The position numbers and the translations under genes are program-made. DNA of 32,000 nt, from contig NC_018655.1 of NCBI RefSeq assembly GCF_000299365.1, positions 360,001-392,000 on the forward strand, given 5' to 3'. The notes under the pieces were generated by a model. That model saw only the letters and a list, made by a program, of their open reading frames with translations, was not told the origin of the DNA and made no database searches. This document shows positions 9,099 to 17,359 of the stretch, in pieces. Positions within the stretch are counted from its first letter, which is position 1. Every line of letters begins with the position of its first letter. This DNA comes from Candidatus Nitrosopumilus koreensis AR1 (GTDB taxonomy: Archaea; Thermoproteota; Nitrososphaeria; Nitrososphaerales; Nitrosopumilaceae).

Positions 9099-9764
9099 TT
9101 ATTCGCTAATTTGACCGATTGTATCTTTGAATTCTGACAATCTGTTACTTACTTCTTCTACCCCTGATAAGATGATCTGTTCTGGATTGAGAGCTCCTGT
9201 TGATTCAACAGTGAGGATTCTTTCATCTTCTTTGTCAGTCTCTGTCAGCATTGAAATGTTTGCAGAGTTCCATTTTGCATGCTCTGTGCCGCGTCCGAGT
9301 CTTGCATAGCATTCAATTTTGATTTTCTGACCTGGTGCAAGTTCTACTATTGGAATTTTGTCTGATATTGGAGTAATTGAATCGTCTTCAGATGATATTT
9401 CATTAGATAGAACTGTTCTTGTAACGTCAGAGTCGCCTGAATCTAAAACTAACATTACCTTGCAATTTGAACATCCTGCTTCACTCTGACATTCACATTT
9501 TGATGGTTCGTTGAATCTACTCAAATCTGTTTTGAGTGGTATGAGACCTAATCTATGTGCCAAACCCTCATCTGGTAAAACAGATGTATTTTCAATAATA
9601 TCTACTGTGTCAATTGCAAATACTGGCACTCCATTAAGACAAACCCGTCTGAGGGCATTTGCATACTGCAATGGAACACCTTTGAGCTTCAAAGCTATTT
9701 TTTGATTATCTTTGCTAATTACCTCTAAGGATGACAAATCTTGATGAAAATCTTCAAAGTCCAC
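9099..9764 (-). CDS. rpoD: DNA-directed RNA polymerase subunit D (Rpo3)
   Basis: 'LKGVPLQYANALRRVCLNGVPVFAIDTVDIIENTSVLPDEGLAHRLGLIPLK' is the alpha-like dimerisation motif. The gene sits in the rpoD-L18e-L13-S9 context. Confidence 0.88.
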   Translation of the reverse strand: MDFEDFHQDLSSLEVISKDNQKIALKLKGVPLQYANALRRVCLNGVPVFAIDTVDIIENTSVLPDEGLAHRLGLIPLKTDLSRFNEPSKCECQSEAGCSNCKVMLVLDSGDSDVTRTVLSNEISSEDDSITPISDKIPIVELAPGQKIKIECYARLGRGTEHAKWNSANISMLTETDKEDERILTVESTGALNPEQIILSGVEEVSNRLSEFKDTIGQISE

Positions 9765-9850
9765 ATAAAAATCTAGCTAGTCTTGAGTGTGGACTGCCTT
9801 TATCCGTACTCTGGAAAAATGCTTAAGTCAGTATTTTTTCTAAAAAACTT

Positions 9851-10204
9851 GTGGATTTTGAAAAATTATGTTCTGATATACTGGATTTGGATTCTTCTAT
9901 TAGATACGCTGCTATTCAAAATAATGCTGGCGTCAAAATCACTGGTGGATTTAGAGATGGTGTTAGTCCAATTCTTAGTGATGAGGAGATTCAGATGATG
10001 CACTACCATGCATCCCAAAGATGGCAGACTAGAAAAAACATTGAACACAAAATAGGTCCTGCAAAGTATGCCTTTGCAGAGTATGATAAAATTAAGCGAA
10101 TAACCTTTCCTCTTGATGAAAAACATCTTTTGATGATTACAACTGAAACTAATACTGATCATGCAAATGTCATTAAAAAAATACTTGAATTGGTCAACAA
10201 CTAA
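9851..10204 (+). CDS. hypothetical protein
   Basis: 117-codon ORF with a GTG start and no in-frame ATG near the 5' end. No motif recognised. It is divergent from rpoD. Confidence 0.5.
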   Translation: MDFEKLCSDILDLDSSIRYAAIQNNAGVKITGGFRDGVSPILSDEEIQMMHYHASQRWQTRKNIEHKIGPAKYAFAEYDKIKRITFPLDEKHLLMITTETNTDHANVIKKILELVNN

Positions 10205-10278
10205 CATTGCGTAATCTAGAAACTTTCTAAAATGTTATGTGTAGAGATAAATACCAAATTGTCATACCTTCTTTAGAA

Positions 10279-10965
10279 ATGGCCGATGTGACAGTTGCAA
10301 GGTTCTCTTTTGAAGGAGAGAAATTTGAGATATTGGTAAAACCAGATCCTGCATTAGAATACAAGCTGGGAAAGAAGAAAGATATTTCAGCAATTTTGGT
10401 TTCTGAAGATATATACACTGATTCAGGAAAAGGCACAAAACCTTCCACTGAAAAACTACTCAAAGCTTTCAAGACTGAAGATCTGACAGAGATTGCTCAA
10501 ATAATTATGCAGAAAGGTGATCTTAATCTTACAACTGATCAAAGACGAAAAATGATCGAAGACAAGAAAAAACAGATTGTGTCGTACATTGCAAAGACAT
10601 ACGTGGATCCTAAAACTCACTTGCCTCATCCTCCTTTGAGAGTTGAACAAGCAATGAAAGATGGACGAATTTCAGTTGATCCTCAAAAAAATGTTGAAGA
10701 ACAAGTAAAAGATATCGTAGATAAACTTCGTTCAATAATTGCTCTAAAATCTGAAAATTTGCAATTGGAGATTATCATACCAGCACAATATGCTTCGCAA
10801 TCATATGCTGTTCTAAAATCCGTAGGTTCTCTGAAAAAAGAAGAATGGCAAAATAATGGTTCTCTAAAAGCAATACTTGAAATACCCGCTGCAGCAAGGC
10901 CAAACGTGATCGACAGATTAGGTTCTATAACCAAGGGGTCTGCTTCAGTTGAGGTAATACAATAA
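10279..10965 (+). CDS. SBDS-family ribosome maturation protein (SDO1)
   Basis: 'VARFSFEGEKFEILVKPDPALEYKLGKK', 'TDSGKGTKPSTEKLLKAFKTED' and 'IMQKGDLNLTTDQRRKM'. I placed the start at ATG 10279; the ORF track extends to 10237. Confidence 0.85.
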   Translation: MADVTVARFSFEGEKFEILVKPDPALEYKLGKKKDISAILVSEDIYTDSGKGTKPSTEKLLKAFKTEDLTEIAQIIMQKGDLNLTTDQRRKMIEDKKKQIVSYIAKTYVDPKTHLPHPPLRVEQAMKDGRISVDPQKNVEEQVKDIVDKLRSIIALKSENLQLEIIIPAQYASQSYAVLKSVGSLKKEEWQNNGSLKAILEIPAAARPNVIDRLGSITKGSASVEVIQ

Positions 10966-11645
10966 TGGCAGATAAGAGAAAATACGTTATTCCCGGCGAT
11001 GTTGTAACTACAGGACCTTTTAGACCTGAACAAAATGTAATTCTTGAAGGAAACAAAATAATCTCTACTACTATTGGAATCTCTGAAATTTATGATGACT
11101 CTGTTCGTGTAATCCCATTAACTGGAAAATATATTCCAAAAATTAACGATCTTGTAATTGGTAAAGTCAATTCACATACTTCTTTGTCTTGGGAATTAGA
11201 TATCAATTCATGTTATGTTGGATTTTTGCCAGCACAGGATGTTTTTGGACGTGACTTTTCAGCACATGCTGATGAACTTGCTACCAAACTAAAAACAGGA
11301 GATCTTGTTGCTGCAAGAATTGCAAACTTTGATAGAACAAGAGATCCATTAGTCTCAATTTCTGATAGGGACTTGGGCAAAATTGATTCTGGTGATCTGG
11401 TGGAAATCTCTCCAAGCAAAGTCCCACGCCTAATTGGAAAGAAAGGCAGTATGATTCAAATGATTGAAGAGGCCACTGATGCAGCAATTACAATTGGTCA
11501 AAATGGTTGGGTTGTAGTTTCATGTGAATCCCCAGAGGGATTATTAAAGGCTAAAAAAGCAATTCAAATGGTCAATGAGCAAGCACATGTTGCAAATTTG
11601 ACTGATCAAGTGAAAGAAATGTTAGATAAAAAAGGTGAATCATAA
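10965..11645 (+). CDS. rrp4: exosome complex RNA-binding subunit Rrp4 (S1 + KH)
   Basis: 'YVIPGDVV', an S1-like 'PKINDLVIGKV...WELDI' and a KH-like 'PRLIGKKGSMIQMIEE'. ATG/stop overlaps with neighbouring genes indicate an operon. Confidence 0.85.
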   Translation: MADKRKYVIPGDVVTTGPFRPEQNVILEGNKIISTTIGISEIYDDSVRVIPLTGKYIPKINDLVIGKVNSHTSLSWELDINSCYVGFLPAQDVFGRDFSAHADELATKLKTGDLVAARIANFDRTRDPLVSISDRDLGKIDSGDLVEISPSKVPRLIGKKGSMIQMIEEATDAAITIGQNGWVVVSCESPEGLLKAKKAIQMVNEQAHVANLTDQVKEMLDKKGES

Positions 11646-12379
11646 TGGGTGGAAGAGAAGCAACAATGGTCCTTATGGACGAAAATGGAAAACGTTGTGA
11701 TGGACGTACCGTTGATGAACCAAGAAGAATTATGATTAAAGCTGGAGGGCTAAAAAATGCAGATGGTTCTGCTTACATTGAATTTGGAGATAATAAAATA
11801 CTAGTTGGAGTTTTTGGCCCAAGAGATGTTCATCCAAAACACATGTCAAACACTGACACCGGAATTTTGAGAGTTAGATATCATATGGAACCATTTTCTG
11901 TTGGTGAAAGAAAAAACCCTGCTCCATCAAGAAGAGAGATTGAAATTTCCAAAGTAATCAAAGAAGCATTAGAGCCTGCAGTTATGCTAGACAAATTCCC
12001 AAGAACCGCAGTAGATGTATTTATCGAAGTTTTGCAAGCTGATGGTGGAACTCGTTGTGCAGCCTTAACTGCAGCATCTGTTGCATTAGCTGACGCAGGA
12101 ATTCCAATGAGGGATATGGTTGCCGCAATTGCTGCAGGAAAAGTTGCAGATACTGTGATTCTTGATGTTAATAATGAAGAAGACCAAGCAGGTCAAGCAG
12201 ATATGCCAATTGGATACATGCCAAATCTTGAAAAAATCACTCTATTACAATTAGATGGTGTACTTACTCCTGAAGAATACAAAAAATGTGTTCAAGTTGG
12301 AGTAGATGGATGTAAACTAGTTTATGAATTACAAAAGAAAGCACTCAACGACAAATATTTTGGAAATAAAGGAGATTAA
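11645..12379 (+). CDS. rrp41: exosome complex exonuclease Rrp41 (RNase PH family)
   Basis: 'DGRTVDEPRRIMIKAGGLKNADGSAYIEFGDNKILVGVFGPR' and 'VLQADGGTRCAALTAASVALADAGIPM'. Confidence 0.9.
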   Translation: MGGREATMVLMDENGKRCDGRTVDEPRRIMIKAGGLKNADGSAYIEFGDNKILVGVFGPRDVHPKHMSNTDTGILRVRYHMEPFSVGERKNPAPSRREIEISKVIKEALEPAVMLDKFPRTAVDVFIEVLQADGGTRCAALTAASVALADAGIPMRDMVAAIAAGKVADTVILDVNNEEDQAGQADMPIGYMPNLEKITLLQLDGVLTPEEYKKCVQVGVDGCKLVYELQKKALNDKYFGNKGD

Positions 12380-12382
12380 GAA

Positions 12383-13201
12383 ATGACATCACATACTGTT
12401 ATCGATGAACTAAAGAGAAATCAAATCCTTGAACTATTAGAACAGGGAAAAAGAGTTGATGGCAGAGCATTAGATGAGGTAAGAGATATTTCTATTGAAA
12501 CAAACGCAATTCCAAAAGCAAATGGTTCTGCAAGAGTTCGATTAGGTGATACTGAAGTTGTTTGTGGTGTTAAAATCCAACCAGACAGACCTTTTCCAGA
12601 TACTGGTGACAAAGGTCTTTTCATTTGTACTGCTGAATTATTGCCGCTATCTCATCCTACTGTTGAAACAGGCCCCCCAGGACCTGAAGTAATTGAATTG
12701 GCAAGAGTTGTGGATAGAGGAATCAGAGAAAGTCATATGGTTGATGTTTCACAATTAGTAATTGAAAAAGACAAATCTGTAATCGGTGTTTTTGCAGATA
12801 ATGTTGTTGTTGATTATGATGGAAATCTCTTTGATGCATGTTCTTATGCAACAACTGCTGCATTGCTTTCATCAAAAAGCCCAAAATGGAATTGGGTTAA
12901 TGATGCCCCTGCATTAGTTGAAGGGGAAGACACACAAGTTCCAATTACTACAATTCCTGTATCGGTAACTATGGCTAAAATTGGAAAACACATTATCGTT
13001 GATCCTAATGGTGATGAATGGGAAAGTATGGATGCAAGAATTACAATTACTAGCGATTCTGACGGAAATATCTGTGCCTTACAAAAAGGAGGAGATGATG
13101 GATTTACACAAGAAGAAATTGTACAGTGTGGCGAAATCTCAGTTAGAGTAGGCGCAAAAATTAGAGAAAAATTAAAAGCAGCTCAGCAGGCAGGTCAATA
13201 A
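12383..13201 (+). CDS. rrp42: exosome complex subunit Rrp42 (RNase PH-like, non-catalytic)
   Basis: 'RVDGRALDEVRDISIETNAIPKANGSARVRLGDTEVVCGVK'. It directly follows rrp41. Confidence 0.85.
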   Translation: MTSHTVIDELKRNQILELLEQGKRVDGRALDEVRDISIETNAIPKANGSARVRLGDTEVVCGVKIQPDRPFPDTGDKGLFICTAELLPLSHPTVETGPPGPEVIELARVVDRGIRESHMVDVSQLVIEKDKSVIGVFADNVVVDYDGNLFDACSYATTAALLSSKSPKWNWVNDAPALVEGEDTQVPITTIPVSVTMAKIGKHIIVDPNGDEWESMDARITITSDSDGNICALQKGGDDGFTQEEIVQCGEISVRVGAKIREKLKAAQQAGQ

Positions 13202-13202
13202 A

Positions 13203-13415
13203 ATGGCAAAAGGAAAGAAATCTCTTAAGGGTCTTGGTGCAAGATACGGAATTAAGATCAGAAAACAATATACCAAAATTCATCTTCAACTAAAAGAAAA
13301 ACGAGCATGTCCTGAATGTGGTTCGCAATCATTTGGACGAGATGCCGTGGGAATTTGGTCTTGTAAAAAATGCAGCTTCAAAGTAGCTGGAACAGCATAT
13401 GACGTTAAACTTTAG
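13203..13415 (+). CDS. rpl37ae: 50S ribosomal protein L37Ae (eL43)
   Basis: 'ARYGIKIRKQY' and the zinc ribbon 'CPECGS...WSCKKCSFKVAGTAY'. Confidence 0.9.
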   Translation: MAKGKKSLKGLGARYGIKIRKQYTKIHLQLKEKRACPECGSQSFGRDAVGIWSCKKCSFKVAGTAYDVKL

Positions 13416-13644
13416 CGCAAAAATTACCGTTGACGCAAAAGACAAAACAAAAGCAATTTTTGACTCTGTAAATACTGATAACGAGTTTTATCCTGAAAAT
13501 CCAGTAAAAACCAAAATTAAACTAGACAAAAAAATCATTATTTCAGTTGAATCTGAACATCTCCCACACCTTAGAGCAAATCTAAACTCTACTTTAAGAC
13601 TAATCCAAGCAAGTAATGATTCTATTGAATCGGTAAAGATATAA
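13399..13644 (+). CDS. KEOPS Pcc1-like subunit (putative)
   Basis: 81-aa ORF overlapping L37Ae by 17 nt. '...ISVESEHLPHLRANLNSTLRLIQ' resembles the Pcc1/CTAG family LRA-x-x-NS signature. The position between L37Ae and prefoldin beta is typical of archaeal exosome superoperons. Confidence 0.55.
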   Translation: MTLNFSAKITVDAKDKTKAIFDSVNTDNEFYPENPVKTKIKLDKKIIISVESEHLPHLRANLNSTLRLIQASNDSIESVKI

Positions 13645-13667
13645 TGAAACAAACTTTGTGATAAAAT

Positions 13668-14057
13668 ATGTCAGCAGGACAAATGCCTCCATGGCTTCAA
13701 GAACAATTGATGAAATTACAACAGTCTCAACAAAACCTTCAATCCATCATGACTCAAAAACAACATCTTGAAATGGAAAAAGCCGAGACTGAAAAAGCTC
13801 TTGAGGAACTAAAGAAAGTTGGCGATGCTGATGCAGTTTTCAAACAAGCAGGAACCGTCTTGTTAAAATCAACAAAAAAGGAACTAATTGATGAATTAGA
13901 AGAAAAACAAGAGATGGCAAAAACTCGTGCCACTGTACTAGAAAAGCAAGAGATTCGTGTCAAAGAAACTCTCAAAGAGCAAGAAGCAAAGATAACTGAA
14001 ATGATGAAGAGTGGTTCAGCAGAATCTCCAAAACCTGAAGATAATCCTAGAAAATAA
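13668..14057 (+). CDS. pfdB: prefoldin beta subunit
   Basis: Two heptad-rich helices flank 'VFKQAGTVLLKSTKKELIDELEEK', the beta-hairpin region. The size and context fit. Confidence 0.8.
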   Translation: MSAGQMPPWLQEQLMKLQQSQQNLQSIMTQKQHLEMEKAETEKALEELKKVGDADAVFKQAGTVLLKSTKKELIDELEEKQEMAKTRATVLEKQEIRVKETLKEQEAKITEMMKSGSAESPKPEDNPRK

Positions 14058-14110
14058 TCTCAAAAACAATTTTCATATAAGATATTAACAATTCTTTTCA
14101 ACTATTATTT

Positions 14111-14795
14111 GTGAACTTAGAGAATCTCAGGATTATTGTAGATGAGAGGGAGAGAAAAAGCGGAATTCCTGAATTGCTAAAATCCGTTGGCTTGAATCTT
14201 GAAATGAAAACACTTCCAATAGGTGACTATATTGTTGCGCCTGAAACAGTTGTTGAACGTAAGAGTATTCGTGATTTAATGGCGTCTGTTTTTGATGGCA
14301 GACTATTTGATCAATGCACCAGACTAAAGGAGCATTTTGAAAATCCTATTGTTCTAATGGAGGGAAATGTCGATGAGATTGAAGAGATTGCAGAAAACCC
14401 TTTGATCTTTTATGGTGCAATCTCTACTGTTGTTCTTGATTTTAAAATTCCAGTAATCCCAACCCCTAGTGCAACACACACTGCAAAACTATTGGTGTCT
14501 ATGTGTTCCAGAAAGGATGCTCCAAAAGGACCATATCTTAAAAAATAAAAAATCATCTGATTTAGAACGACAACAGCTTTCAGTTCTTTGCAGTTTGCCT
14601 GGTGTTGGTGAAAAGTTTGCTGTAAGAATGCTTGAAAAGTTTGGAACTCCTCTGAATGTTTTTGCTGCAACTACATCTGAACTTGCAAAAGTAGAAGGAT
14701 TGGGTGAATCTCGCGCAAAGAAAATCAAAAAAACCTTAGACTCTAAAAGCAAACACCTCAAAAAATCTAACCAAAAAACACTACATGATTCTTGA
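14111..14795 (+). pseudogene. short archaeal XPF/ERCC4-type nuclease, reading frame interrupted (+1) at A6-T-A6 (14540-14552)
   Basis: ORF 14111..14548 carries the ERCC4 signature 'IIVDERER...LPIGDYIV...VVERKSIRDL'. ORF 14469..14795, shifted one base forward in frame (+1), carries the (HhH)2 domain 'LPGVGEKFAVRMLEKFGTP...LAKVEGLGESRAKKI'. Skipping T14546 joins them as ...YLKKKKSSDLERQQL... (about 227 aa). Confidence 0.75.
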
Positions 14796-14797
14796 GG

Positions 14798-15277
14798 TTA
14801 TTCTTTGAGTAATTTTCTTTTCAATGGAGTGGCACACATTGGACATTCTTTTCCTGTTTTGTGATCTGTCTTGCATCCTGGACAATAATGCACCCACCTT
14901 CCAACATCTCTGATTCCCTGTGTCATTATTGGTGATATTTTCAAGCCTAGATTTTTTGCAACATTTGAAATGGCAAAATCGTCACTGATTATCTCTCCTT
15001 CTAATTCAATACATAACGCAATGATTGACAAATCTTGTTTTGATAGTTGTGGGTAATCCCCTGTATCTTTTGCAGCACTGATAGCAGCTTTTGTAGAATT
15101 TTCATCAGGCTCTCTTATTTTTAGTCTGTTTGTCTCAAGCAGTGTTCCCAATGCATCTTGATTTTTTTTAATGTGTTTTATTTCATCATAAACTTGTGAT
15201 GTTGTATAGCAATCGCTAGATGATCTAAATGGAACCCCTGCATAAAATGCACTAGCATCTAAAATTCTAAAATCCAA
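14798..15277 (-). CDS. Nob1-like endonuclease (PIN domain + zinc ribbon)
   Basis: N-terminal PIN 'ILDASAFYAG...' with 'DLSIIALCIEL' and 'IISDDFAISNVA'. The C-terminal ribbon is 'CPGCKTDHKTGKECPMC'. The ~159-aa size matches archaeal Nob1. Confidence 0.72.
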   Translation of the reverse strand: MDFRILDASAFYAGVPFRSSSDCYTTSQVYDEIKHIKKNQDALGTLLETNRLKIREPDENSTKAAISAAKDTGDYPQLSKQDLSIIALCIELEGEIISDDFAISNVAKNLGLKISPIMTQGIRDVGRWVHYCPGCKTDHKTGKECPMCATPLKRKLLKE

Positions 15278-16103
15278 GCTTGCTCATTTGTCTTAATCCG
15301 CGTTTCTTCAATCTAATGAATACTGCAGGTTTTTTGTACTTCTTAATAATTATTGGTTCTTCATATCCTGCAGTTTTGACTACTTGTGCATCCATCACAA
15401 TGTTACAATCATGCGAACTGATGATCTCAATTTTTTCATCTGGTACTACAATTGATGCTAATCTATAAACTGGTGCAACTGGAGTGATTATTAAAACATC
15501 TAAACTTTCATGCAAAATTGGACCTCCTAACGAAAAAGAATGGCCTGTGGAACCACTTGGTGTTGCAACAATTACTCCATCCATCTTTTGTTTTACAGTA
15601 TCATTTTGGAATTTTATTTCAATTTCTGCAGTTTTAGTTAGATTTGTTCTACTGATGTAGATCTCATTTAATGCCGGTGGAAATTCTTTTCCTCCACATG
15701 ATGCAATCACTCTAGTTCTCTTGTCTAAGAAAAATTTGTCTTTTTGAATTTGGTTTAACGCATCATCTATCTCTTCTATTGTAATCTCAGCTAAAATTCC
15801 TCTGTTTCCTCCTACATTAATTGTTAAAATTGGTGTTTCATTTTGCAAGTTTCTGAAAACTCGAAGTGTTGTGCCGTCTCCTCCCAGCGTCACAACAAGA
15901 TCCAGTTTGATTTTCTTGAGTTCCTCAAGGGCCTCAATTGTTTTTGCCCCCTCTACTTGGATAGGTGAAATTGTATAAACTTTGGATTTTTTTGCCAATA
16001 GTTTTTTTGCAACATTAATTGCAGCCTTTTCAGATTCCTTGTTCCCTACCTTGCTTATCACTGCAACGTTTTGTAACTTCAACCAGTTTTCTAGAAATGT
16101 CAT
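15267..16103 (-). CDS. NAD(+) kinase
   Basis: 'DLVVTLGGDGTTLR', 'INVGGNRGILAE' and 'DGVIVATPSGSTGHSFSLGGPI' are NAD-kinase signatures. Confidence 0.88.
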   Translation of the reverse strand: MTFLENWLKLQNVAVISKVGNKESEKAAINVAKKLLAKKSKVYTISPIQVEGAKTIEALEELKKIKLDLVVTLGGDGTTLRVFRNLQNETPILTINVGGNRGILAEITIEEIDDALNQIQKDKFFLDKRTRVIASCGGKEFPPALNEIYISRTNLTKTAEIEIKFQNDTVKQKMDGVIVATPSGSTGHSFSLGGPILHESLDVLIITPVAPVYRLASIVVPDEKIEIISSHDCNIVMDAQVVKTAGYEEPIIIKKYKKPAVFIRLKKRGLRQMSKLGF

Positions 16104-16164
16104 TTACTTAAAAATGATATTTTTTGGAAAAACAATTAAGTATGAAAGCAATTCTGTTTAACAC

Positions 16165-17010
16165 ATGAGTTACGCACATCCAGAAGTGTTAGTTGATACG
16201 GAATGGGTATCACAGAATCCTCCAAATGAAAATCGAAAATTAGTTGAAGTTGATTATGATCCTGTAAATGGGTATCAAAAAGGCCACATTAACGGAGCCA
16301 GTCTGATCTGGTGGAAACGTGACATTAATGATCCAATTACAAGAGACATTATCTCAAAGAAGAAATTTGAAGAGTTAATGGCAAAAAATGGAATTACAAA
16401 AGATACTGAAGTAATTCTTTATGGAGACTTTAACAACTGGTTTGCAGCATTTGCTTTCTGGGTATTCAAAATCTATGGACATGAAAATCTGAAGATTATG
16501 AATGGTGGCAGAAAAAAATGGGAATTAGAAAATAGAGATTATACAACTGATGAACCACAATTTGGATCGGTTACATATGAGGCACAACCTCCTGACGAGG
16601 GATTACGTGCATATCTATTTGATGTAAGTCGTGCACTTGGAAAAGAGGATACTGTTATGGTTGATGTTAGATCTCCTGCAGAATTTTCTGGAGAAATCAC
16701 TGCTCCCCCAGAGTATCCAATGGAACATGCACAAAGAGGCGGACATATTCCTGATGCAAATAACATTCCGTGGGCAACTGCAGTCAATGATGCAGATGGA
16801 ACTTTCAAAGCAGTTGAAGAACTAAGACAAAATTATGAACCAAAAGGAGTTACACCTGACAAAGATGTAATTTGTTATTGTAGAATTGGAGAACGTTCTT
16901 CACACAGCTGGTTTGTTCTTAAATATCTACTTGGTTACCCAAAGGTTCGAAACTATGATGGTTCTTGGACTGAATGGGGAAACATGATAGGGAATCCCGT
17001 GGAAAAATAA
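16165..17010 (+). CDS. thiosulfate/3-mercaptopyruvate sulfurtransferase (tandem rhodanese domains)
   Basis: Two rhodanese modules. The active-site loop 'CYCRIGERSSHSW' is in the second one. Confidence 0.85.
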   Translation: MSYAHPEVLVDTEWVSQNPPNENRKLVEVDYDPVNGYQKGHINGASLIWWKRDINDPITRDIISKKKFEELMAKNGITKDTEVILYGDFNNWFAAFAFWVFKIYGHENLKIMNGGRKKWELENRDYTTDEPQFGSVTYEAQPPDEGLRAYLFDVSRALGKEDTVMVDVRSPAEFSGEITAPPEYPMEHAQRGGHIPDANNIPWATAVNDADGTFKAVEELRQNYEPKGVTPDKDVICYCRIGERSSHSWFVLKYLLGYPKVRNYDGSWTEWGNMIGNPVEK

Positions 17011-17011
17011 A

Positions 17012-17323
17012 TTGCTTTTAGACCTTCCTGTTTTAAAGAAAGGATCTTTTTATTTTATCAAAGATTCCGAAACTGATCTTGTCATGGAAGATAAAACCAA
17101 ACGAGGTCTTGAAGTCAAGGAAACGTCTGTAGATGAAAAACTCAATGTCAAGGCCGACAAAGGTATGATTCATGATATGGATGGTATTGGCCATTGGGTT
17201 CCAATTAGATGGTATTTTCCAAAGGATTCCTACGATCTTTTCGCTGTTTCTGTACATGCTGAAGCAATGGAAAAAAAATACACTGAACTAAGGGAGCTTA
17301 CTTGCCCTGACGATGATGACTGA
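17012..17323 (+). CDS. hypothetical protein with acidic C-terminus
   Basis: 103-codon ORF beginning (TTG) 1 nt after the rhodanese stop. The first ATG is at 17084 and would give 79 aa. It ends '...CPDDDD'. No family recognised. Confidence 0.4.
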   Translation: MLLDLPVLKKGSFYFIKDSETDLVMEDKTKRGLEVKETSVDEKLNVKADKGMIHDMDGIGHWVPIRWYFPKDSYDLFAVSVHAEAMEKKYTELRELTCPDDDD

Positions 17324-17359
17324 TAACCTTTTTAAATAAAATCGATTCACAAATCTCAG

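Noticed and set aside
9440-9520. Cys cluster CECQSEAGCSNC in RpoD, considered as an unusual Fe-S site
   Set aside because: Archaeal D subunits vary widely in their cysteine motifs, and I cannot align reliably to the characterised Sulfolobus cluster ligands by eye. The evidence is not enough to call it unusual.
7167-9705. Plus-strand ORFs 7167..7574, 7592..7786, 8853..9047, 9127..9309 and 9511..9705
   Set aside because: They run antisense to the nucleotidyltransferase, L18e and rpoD genes. They are shadow ORFs.
9783-10207. ORFs 9783..9998 (+) and 9866..10207 (-)
   Set aside because: They overlap the 9851..10204 ORF out of frame or antisense. Their composition (Leu/Ile/Phe-rich) is typical of non-coding frames. 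The 9851 frame has the more protein-like composition.
14469-14546. N-terminal part of ORF 14469..14795 (MQHTLQNYWCLCVPERMLQKDHILKN)
   Set aside because: This stretch is the out-of-frame reading of the nuclease-domain C-terminus. Only the part after the A6-T-A6 tract matches the XPF (HhH)2 domain, so it is not an independent N-terminus.
10227-14761. Minus-strand ORFs inside the exosome/prefoldin/XPF region (10227..10472, 10456..10650, 10683..11033, 11213..11419, 11281..11487, 12421..12624, 13754..13975, 14410..14670, 14489..14761)
   Set aside because: All run antisense to strongly supported plus-strand genes. They are shadow ORFs.
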